A stretch of 64,000 bases of DNA from Phoronis australis (Eukaryota > Animalia > Phoronida). The position numbers and the translations under genes were made by a program. The stretch lies in assembly GCA_002633005.1 (NCBI GenBank), contig NMRA01000202.1, positions 105,516-169,515 of the forward strand. The letters are read 5' to 3'. This document shows, one piece after another, positions 25,101-64,000 of the stretch. The notes beneath the pieces were generated by a model. It saw only the letters and a list, made by a program, of their open reading frames with translations, searched no databases and was not told the origin of the DNA. The first letter of the stretch is position 1; each line of letters starts with the position of its first letter.

Positions 25101-28100
25101 CCTGGTGTCAACCAGTAACAAACTGGCATGCAGTTCTTTGTAAACCCATAAACCATCCAGTTTCACTAAAGGAATAATTTGAAACCAATTTCACCAAGGT
25201 AAGTGGTCTAAATCAAAAAATGTTTTTGTGATGGGAGGTTTACTGACACTTTAGATCGCAGTGCTCGACTGAAAGCTCTTCCCCTGATTTTTTGTCATGA
25301 ATTTAAATGCACTGGGCAGGTAATTACAGTAGCATAAAAGGACTTTCGTCCTTTTCACCACCTGGTGATTATCGAGTGACCCATTTCTTTTTTCAGAGGC
25401 AGTACAGTTCTGGAGGGGTATTTTAGACGTGGGTCTGTTGGACGAGTTCTTCCGTGATGCCAAAACAGCTCTAGATCTTTTAAAAAGTGAAATTATCAAG
25501 AAAAAAGTGCGAGTCCAAGGTATGTGCAGTATGTGGTAATGCTACCCTTATTTTGCACAAAAATAATTGCCAATATTAAAATTGCTTCCATTTTCTTAAA
25601 GTGGATTGCGTTGCTGCAACTACGTATTGGGAGTTTTACAAATACTGTTCTAAGTCATCAGCACAGTGCAAACGATGCCAATAATATATTGAAATCTTTG
25701 TTTTAATTTGTGGGAAAATTATTACAAAATAAAATTTCACCTTTCCACCACATCGATTGTGTGCTAGATAGGCAAAGAATTACCTAACTGTGTCTCCAAC
25801 TGGCAACAGTCGAAACCAGAGGTGATAATCAAACGCGTACCACTAGCCGTAGAATATTTACTACCTGTGGGAACCCTCACCATGGAGTGAACCATTTCTG
25901 TTTAATCTCGGCAACCCTCTAGATGTAAAACACTAGTTACGCTGCCGCCCTTGGTAGAAATTTATACGTGCTGCTCTGCCTGTCTCCAACTTTACTGCAA
26001 CGGGGAAGTACTTGATTTTATTTTTGTGGGGTTACTGATGCAACTGAATACCCGCCCATTAAGAGAGTGGACTCAAAATTGAGCGATCCATTTTCTAAGA
26101 GGTTCCATTTGAAAGGTTCCCTTTTGTTGGGTTTTGTTCTTTTTGTAGGGGTTAGTAATTCGATCATCCTAAATCTTTCATAGGGATTCTTGGACAGCTG
26201 AATTTACAATCCGCCGTTAGCCTATAACGGTACAAGGCGCCATATTGCCAAAAACGAGAACATCATTTGCAGAATTATGCGACATGGAAACCGTTCTGTA
26301 GATTTGTACAGTTGGAAAAGGGAACTTTTTGAATGTAGAGATTCAAACACCCGAAGTTAAATAAATCCTTTTGTAGGGAATTCGGTAGAAAACGCACCCT
26401 TGGTAGGGAATTTTGTCAGAAAATGCATCCTTTCTGAGGGGAACTGGTCATCAAAAGAGTTAATCTTCTGAGTGGCACGTCCCTCATCACCTGTTCTATG
26501 GTAGTACCCATCGTTTGAAGGTGTGTGCATCAAATATATAAATAGAGAAAACTGTCATGTCTTCAACCAATTCCTCAGTCTCCAGATGACAAATAAAAGT
26601 AGCAGCACTGACCAATCAGACGGAGGAGAATAGTTGTATACATATGGCAAGCTGACTTTCTCCATAGACATTTTTCTGTATAAGACAAATGCTAACGTCG
26701 ATGGAGCTCAGTGAAGTGTTTCTAAAAAGCGATCGACTCACACACTTGTGAAATCCTGCAGCCAGCTAGTGTTCTTTCTAGCAGTTTTCTCTTCATGCTT
26801 TCTTACACCACATGTGCTGCAATTATTAATGTTTTCTTTATAGATGCCACACGAATCTCTAGAATAGTACACGAACTCGGTATAACGTCCAAGTTAAAGA
26901 CGAGACTATCGCTTCACAAGCAGGAGGCGGAGCAACAGAATGAGAGGCTACAGTGGGAAATAGAAGGTACGTAGACAGACAAGTCTTGGGGGGAGTACGT
27001 TTCATGAAAGGTGACGAACGACTCAAATCAGAAATTTAGTTTTGCGCTCCACACAAATATTTCTGAAAAATAATTAAGCGTCACTTGACCAAAAATACAA
27101 AGTTTTTGAAAATGTGCATATCTGCAAGTTAGTGAGATAATTTCTGTAAATGATTTTAGAATGTCATGCGCTCGTTATTACTTGACAGCAGAGCAATAGT
27201 CTGATAGAACATGAATGCATTTTGAGAACCACTTGATGCCCACTATTCATTGGACTGGACAACTGGTTCTCAAAATGCAGGCACGTTATATCAGATTATG
27301 GCTGGCAACTGTATAGTGGGAACTTAACTTAAGATCCTATTTCTTTTTTTAAGTCTTAAATCTCTTTTCATCAAACAGACCCCTGGGGAGTTACTGTAGT
27401 TTACAAAATAAACTGGACAATGTCAAAATTCAACAAAGGTTTGGTGCACAAAACTGGGACTGAACATCCATCTCTTTTTTACTAAAATTCATTTCAATAC
27501 TGGCTAAATCTCTATGAATTCTCAACAGGTATAGCTTCTTGTGCATAGCTGAAGTCGTGACAACTTGGTGTGCAAGTCAATTCATCATTAAGAAATTAGG
27601 GACTAGATGAAATGAGGTCACATTAACCTCGGACAGAAGTTCAATGAAAAATGATACGATTTTATTGTGACAATGGTAAAACTGCCAAATAATTCTGATT
27701 AGAACTTTATCCAAATCTGGCAGAGTTCTGTCAAAAACTTTCTCGTTTTACTGTGCACCACCGATTGTTGTTCTTAAGAGTATTCTAATGGAGGTGGTTG
27801 AAGTGTTTCTTGAAGGGGCGACAGCGAGAATTCAGTGCCAGATGTGAAGAGGATCTTCGAAAGCCTACAGTGAGAAATGAATGTTTCACAATGGGAATTG
27901 GGGTGTTGTAGGAAAATTACCGTCTTTGTTTCACATGCTGAATATTGGTTGCCACATAGTTAAATGGTGGTGATCAAATTATACATTGTTAGTAGAGTTG
28001 GTGCTTGTTTCAATATATAAATGTAAGGTCATACTTGAAAGTAAACATGAGGTAAGGTATGATTATTGACCTTTGATGTGGCAGGCCGCTGGTCTGTACA

Positions 28101-28628
28101 CTGTATGTATTGAGCTAAATAAATTGAAATCCTGTCAGACATGGCCATCAGATGAGTCTTTAATGGTGGGGATACATTTTTCTGGATCACACAAAGTTGT
28201 TTGTATGTTCTTTTTTATTTTATTTTATTTGGCTCACGAGAGCACAGAAAATACAATAAAAATACAATAAAAATGCAAGACAATTGAAAAATAAGCAAAA
28301 GTATAAGTGGGAAATATGATTAGCACAAAGACTTATTTCCATTGTGGTCCGAAAAAATAGATCAAAACACAAGCATGTCAAAACAGGAACAAAAAAGGAA
28401 ACTTAAAAAGACTTGTATTGAAAATTAATTCAAACAAGAGTCATATCATTGATATGTTGTTGGTGTTTTGCAGAACTTAAGCGGAAAATGGCAGAAACTG
28501 AGCAACGGCAACTCCATCTCAAGAGGAAATCGGACGCGTTCAATCACTTACTGGGAATGTCCAACAGCAAAAAACAGGCAATAGTTATCCAAACGGAAAA
28601 TGACACTCAAGACTCTGAACAGGAGTAG
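16175..28628 (+). CDS. GMEB1: GMEB-like SAND-domain transcription factor, 6 coding exons, 410 aa
   Basis: Exons 16175-16186, 16998-17206, 20586-21196, 25397-25519, 26844-26966, 28474-28628 sum to 1233 nt in frame. SAND domain with KDWK motif (VTCG..KFLCPGI..LKDWKNAVR), LDFY.H...CS..C zinc motif, FWRGILDVGL segment and C-terminal coiled coil as in GMEB1/2. Confidence 0.85.
16998..17206 (+). CDS. GMEB1: GMEB-like exon 2 (SAND domain)
   Basis: SFQEGSIMSVTCGHLTGKLHHAKFLCPGIHMECIE..LKDWKNAVRVNGVSV; TTTTCAG acceptor and GTAAGT donor. Confidence 0.92.
20586..21196 (+). CDS. GMEB1: GMEB-like exon 3
   Basis: RRLMECGQLDFYCHKEQCSGRC, then an S/T-rich and acidic region; phase 2 in, phase 1 out. Confidence 0.88.
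25397..25519 (+). CDS. GMEB1: GMEB-like exon 4
   Basis: EAVQFWRGILDVGLLDEFFRDAKTALDLLKSEIIKKKVRVQ; not in the ORF track. Confidence 0.87.
26844..26966 (+). CDS. GMEB1: GMEB-like exon 5
   Basis: DATRISRIVHELGITSKLKTRLSLHKQEAEQQNERLQWEIE; TAG acceptor and GTACGT donor. Confidence 0.85.
27200..27295. repeat. Short inverted repeat (MITE remnant)
   Basis: TCTGATA..TGCATTTTGAGAACCA / TGGTTCTCAAAATGCA..TATCAGA. Confidence 0.6.
28474..28628 (+). CDS. GMEB1: GMEB-like last coding exon
   Basis: ELKRKMAETEQRQLHLKRKSDAFNHLLGM..DSEQE then TAG stop; TTTTGCAG acceptor. Confidence 0.82.
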
Positions 28629-31440
28629 GTGCTCAATGCTCTGCTCCGATAATATTGAAACCAAAAAAAAACATCTTCCCATAGCTCTATTACATTGCAT
28701 TTTCATCTATTCTGTTCATCTCTTTGTTCATTTGTTGACACGAGTGTTTAACAGAGCAATCATTAATTTCGTTATCAGTAATTTATGTACTTGTGTGTAA
28801 ATACTGTAAATATAAGTTATTATGAACTCTCTACCGCTGGCAGCTTTTGTTTGGTCCATGTACTTGCTCTGATTGCTTGCATCTGATATGACGAGGGAAT
28901 CACAACCCCCCCCCCCATTTATCATGAAGTTTCTCGTCGTGTAAATTAGCAACTGTGGGGTGGCATAAACCCTCGCCCCCTCCTTCAAGTTTTGCCTCTG
29001 GATATGGCTGACATAATTTCTCCTTTGTGAAAGTGGTTTTAGCAAGTGGAAAAGTAACAGGAGTTGTAAAATTGTTGTGAGATGCCGTGGAATTGACCTA
29101 TCGCCAGGATTTTGAGTGACATCTTAACTGACCAATCAGAACACGTTTCCAGGTAAAAGTTATTGTTTGTTTGTCGAAATTGTGTAAGGGGCAGAGCTTA
29201 CGATAGGTCAATTTAGAGAACGTCTGTGATGACTCATCAGCAAGAAGTATCACATAAAAGAGATCTGATGCAGCAGCACCTCACAAAAATGTTTTTTAAA
29301 GAATGTAAAAATTGTGTTACTATTGCGGTGGTCGATGTGAAGCTTTGAGCAGTCAATGTCGCAAATTATGTAAAACTCCAAAATATGGGTTAGTAACTTA
29401 ATATTCTGTGCAAATCATAAGTGTGCGAAGCACTCCAGTGTTCACAAAAATGCATCACCCAGTGTTCAGACATATGAAGATTATTCATTAACATTTACCC
29501 GATGTCGGAAATTCTATAATTCATACCTTCACAGTTACTGTAAGTCTAAATAAGATGCTATTTGTCTGGAATGACATTTCACTTCAGAAAAGAAATTACG
29601 ACTCTAAAAACATCAAGAACCAAATTGAATGCCCTGGGATCAAATCCCATGCCCACACCTGTGCAAGCACAGCCCCAGGGTAGTATAAATGATGTCTACA
29701 GAAGTTCCGCCTTAAGAGCCTCACCAAACTTCCATTTGGAATAAATTTAGTCTTCTCCCAGCCCCATAGTTGGTTTGTGCGGTGCCATTATTGTGTTACA
29801 ACCATGCAATCAGAGTCCAGGGCCCTCAAGTGGTAAACACCCTTGAAAGGTTAGTAATAAGTTTCTTTGTATGCTTGCTACAGGTCGCATTTCTCATCCG
29901 AATCGCATGAAATGTACACACAACAGGTATCTCTTTATTTGGGTTAGTAATTGACCTGGCTCTGGCATGAAGACAACAGGGACTTTATCGTGTTACCCCA
30001 TTATGAACCACACACGACCAAAGTAATCTGACAAAATGCCATGTCCTAACCCTTGGTGATGGGTTACTCTGAAACTTAGGTGTCAAGATGGACAATTCCA
30101 GGTCATTGTGTCTGATTATTTATGTAGTGAAATGTCGCTAAAACAAAAGAATAGCGTTGCAGTTAAAGACTTTGTTTATGTTTCTAAACAAACTGTGCAC
30201 ACAAAAACAAATTATTAACAATTTGATACAGTCACGTTGCTTAGTTTACCATGGAGAGTCACTTGGAGAACCTCAGTATTGTTAATAAGGTGACTAGAGT
30301 TTAGATACTCACATCATTCAAGAGGTATTGTCTAGCTTGTTACAGTTTATCTCAAGCACCACTGCTGCAATAGTTTGATTTGTTGAAGACAAGTTTGCAG
30401 GTGTTACTACCTTCATACAACTGTCTATAAACCTTTTCTACATACAGTTCTAGACAAAAGGAATAAATGTAGATACAAAATGTACTCATGCAATAGGTGA
30501 CTCAACATTCACTAGGTGGCGCTGATGAATAGACTCTTGGTTCCTGAAGGTGGCTGGTATACAAGAATGGCAAGATCCTGTGATGGCGGCATGAATCTCT
30601 GTAGAGTCCACTGAGGACTTTTTTATCGTTTGCGTTGAAATTCCTTATTTTGTTCTTGTTACTTAATAATTGAGCTTAACTTTACAACAACCTTCCTAAT
30701 CAATTTCCTCACTCCCTGCACAGTGTATTAACAGTGCCAATTGAATAGATCGAAACCAGACAGCAATTCATCACCATGTGTCTGCTGGCCGTACAGCGTG
30801 ACTACTTGAATGCATGCATTGTTACACGCAGGACCACCGTTTCACAAGTACCACCAAGTGGTCGAGTCACACATTAACTCTAGAATTTTGAAAAGACACC
30901 AACAGAAAACAGGCTTAATATGAACACTGCTGCGGCAAAAGCACGCATGTAACCAAGTGAGTCCCCACAGAATTCTGCAACTTTCCAATGAAGACTTATA
31001 CGAGCCCTGCATAGTCACACACCCGAACACCTAAAATCTCTGAGGTAAAAACACTGTATAACAAACACTTTGCCTTTGAACACACAAGACTGCATTACAC
31101 AACGGCATGGCACAAGAAAACCTTAACTGAACACAGATTGGTAGATTTACCAATAAAAGTGAGGATTCCAAAACCAAAGATTCTGATTTGCCACTTTGTG
31201 GAAACTTAAACGGAGAAATTGCATTTAGGTTTAATAGGAGATTCAAAAAACAAGATCTTCAATTCAAATTTTAAGGCTCTTGGAATTTGTCTTGACATGT
31301 ATTTCAGGCCACGTTTCGCTGCAACCCTAACACAAAAACCTCTGCACTCTGTTCAGTACCTCACTATCAAGGAACTATTATCAAACGAGTTTGTTAAAGA
31401 AATAAATAGTGAACTGTAAGAAGACCTAAGCTGCATAGCT

Positions 31441-45320
<13,880 letters not shown>

Positions 45321-45686
45321 TTTGGGAAGCCAACAGATGAAAGAACGTGCGCTTGGGACTAAGTTACTTAGCAATAGGGGGTGTCCAAGCGATTATTTTC
45401 ATTATTCGTTCAGAAAATGGTATTAAGTCCAGTAATCAAGGAAATAGTTAAACAGCATTACAAATGACAAGAAAAACATGAATAGAAGATAGAAAAATAG
45501 ATGATAAAATAGACATTACAAAATATTTTTGAATTTCACCCCTTCTAAAATAATAAGTTAACTGAGTGCGGTTTACCACGTGACCAAAAAACTAAAATTT
45601 CATTGGCTCAGACTGTTTCCACTCTGAGAAAGTAGCGGGTCGACTTGCCGTTGCAGAAGTTGTGGTTATGCACGCACATTTTTAAG
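45321..45686. promoter_or_regulatory. Putative bidirectional IDH2/NNT promoter plus NNT non-coding first exon
   Basis: IDH2 ATG at 45320 on minus; plus-strand donor AAG|GTATGT at 45687 could pair with the NNT acceptor at 47104; E-box CACGTG at 45577-45582; inverted CCAAT (ATTGG) at 45602. TSS positions are inferred. Confidence 0.6.
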
Positions 45687-46788
45687 GTATGTTGATTGAT
45701 TAGTGTTTGCAAGGATATTGTTTTCTGCACATCAAACCATTCCTAAGCTACTGGGTGACTTTCTATTTAAGAAAATCGAAAAAACAATATGTTACACGAC
45801 AAATCCAAGGTAACTCCAAAGAGGTAGCCAGCTACTGTACCCGATTTTTCGGACATGATCCAGCCTAATCGCCGAAAATGTAGTGACTTACTGGACAATT
45901 CGTTGTTATCCAAGTATGACTTGTGTTAGTGGGCACACTGACATCTAATAGATATTTTCACCTATTGCTCTGTGTGTGCATAGTTTTCGAATCAAAAGCG
46001 AGTAAACATGTTGACACGTGTGACCTTGGAGACACCTGGTGTTCATTTTAAGTAGACTGTATTATGTAAACTTTATTTTTGACTGGTAACTTGGGATACC
46101 CGCCCATTTAGAGTTTGGGTTTGGGAAAAATGAATGCATTTGTATGTAGCTGCCATGAAAATGTCTTACTTTTGTTAACAGCAGGCACTCTGCACGTTGA
46201 TATTTGGGTCAAATTTCGTCTTCACTCCCCTCGGAAAAACAGTTAAAAATCACACGCAATTCGCGGGCCCTCTCCAGAACCAAGAATTTCCTCGGATGAT
46301 AAAAAATTCCGCTTGAGGTTAGAATTACTTCAACTCACGCAGAATGTTGGCATCAGAAGGTTTAAAGTAACATAAAAATCTTGCTTTATGTCAAAAAGAG
46401 GTTTTTAATTCATGCTATTTCCTATCGATATTGGTCTCAAATTGCTCCTTAGTGAAGAGAAGTTAGATTTCTGGGTCGGTTAAGACTGCAGCTCAGTATG
46501 TGGTCTTGAACAAGAGAAAACTTATGTTGGATTGTCATCGTGTCACTTTAGAATGGCACCTTAACAGACTGTTAGCAGCTATTGCACTGGTAGTTAACCT
46601 TGTTGCATGTAGTAGTCTAGAATTTTTGTCGAGGCTTATTAAACACCAGTCAAAGTAGTTATCGGATGAAATGTAGCAATTGCTATAAATTTTATGTCAG
46701 CTCGACCACTAGAATTTTGCATCATAGTCTGGCTGAAGATTAGTAGGACATCAACTGTGTCCTATGTACTCATTCCATAAACAATAGC

Positions 46789-47045
46789 CACAATATAAAG
46801 TTCCCTGTGGTCAAGATTCTTGATCATGGCAGTAACTGTGTCAAACTATTAATCTATGAGGCTATTCACATACAGACCCTCCATGCACTCGATAGGAGTG
46901 TTGGAGCATACAGGGTAAGCTGTAGTTGTGGTCGAGTTATTGTATGTGTCATGCACCATGATGTGAAGTGAGCATTCTGTTGAGATATTTTGTTCTATTC
47001 TGTCTATTGTACCTGAAGATGATGTTTGCCTAATGAAATGTCGTT
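46789..47045 (+). mobile_element. Penelope-like GIY-YIG remnant in the NNT 5' intron
   Basis: HNIKFPVVKILDHGSNCVKLLIYEAIHIQTLHALDRSVGAYRVS followed by a CTGAAGA..TGAAATGTCG pLTR-like tail. Confidence 0.55.
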
Positions 47046-47126
47046 TGATGCTGCCACTCGTGTGTTACTTTTGTTTTTCATTTGTGGCATGTTTTTGTTT
47101 CCAGTGCATAACTCGAAGCGGGCATC

Positions 47127-63485
<16,359 letters not shown>

Positions 63486-64000
63486 TGACCGTCTCTAAGT
63501 AGATTGATGCTGTGAATATTTATTAAACTGGAGAGAAGTCGTCAATTTAGTTGTCATCGTTCAATGAAAACACTGTTTAAATTTGTCAGCTGCTGGATTT
63601 CCTTTTGTGTTTGGCTTTTTATGTTACACACCTACCGTGAAAGGTTATGTAGGACCCTAGAAAAATGTCACGTTTGGATAAAATCGGAACATCATACTTC
63701 AAAAGTGGCTGATTGGGTTCAGACGAAACTTTCTCATGCTACGCTTTATACATTGCTCTTCAAAATGTTGTTAGAAATTGTTTTTTAAATGTTCTATGTT
63801 TGTACGTAGGGCCATCAGAAATAGGACTTTGGAGGATTTTCATGAAAAAAAATTAAAAGTTGCATGAAAGAAAAACAAAATGATTGTGTAGAAAGTTGTT
63901 ACAGTGTTTTTAGATTTCATCTTGAACTTTATATCAAAACTAAATTTGGCTATGTTATTTATAGCATTGTTTTGCTGTCAAGTGCATGTACCTTTCTTTA

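Noticed and set aside
29215-29240. Minus-strand CTGATGA-GTC..GAC hairpin
   Set aside because: Followed by GTTC rather than the essential GAAA.

Overview
AT-rich, intron-rich animal genomic DNA; gene content and repeat types suggest a marine invertebrate, possibly a deuterostome (inference). Four spliced genes were rebuilt by hand from GT-AG sites and reading-frame phase. They form two head-to-head pairs joined tail-to-tail: TspanC8 tetraspanin (TSPAN5-like, minus, 3' end outside the window) <-> GMEB-like SAND-domain factor (plus, 410 aa); and mitochondrial NADP-isocitrate dehydrogenase IDH2 (minus, 11 exons, 442 aa) <-> proton-translocating transhydrogenase NNT (plus, 16 coding exons, about 1070 aa, one exon start lost in an N gap). 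The most interesting feature is the IDH2-NNT pair: two mitochondrial NADPH-generating enzymes apparently sharing a compact bidirectional promoter. IDH2 exons 4-7 and exon 10 appear twice, but each duplication joins at a single N and the exon copies differ only by synonymous changes, so these are probably uncollapsed haplotypes; they reveal a presence/absence transposon polymorphism. Introns carry many non-autonomous DNA transposons with TIRs and TSDs, Penelope GIY-YIG remnants and a Helentron-like repeat with periodic CTCF-like motifs. All family assignments come from recalled motifs, not database searches.
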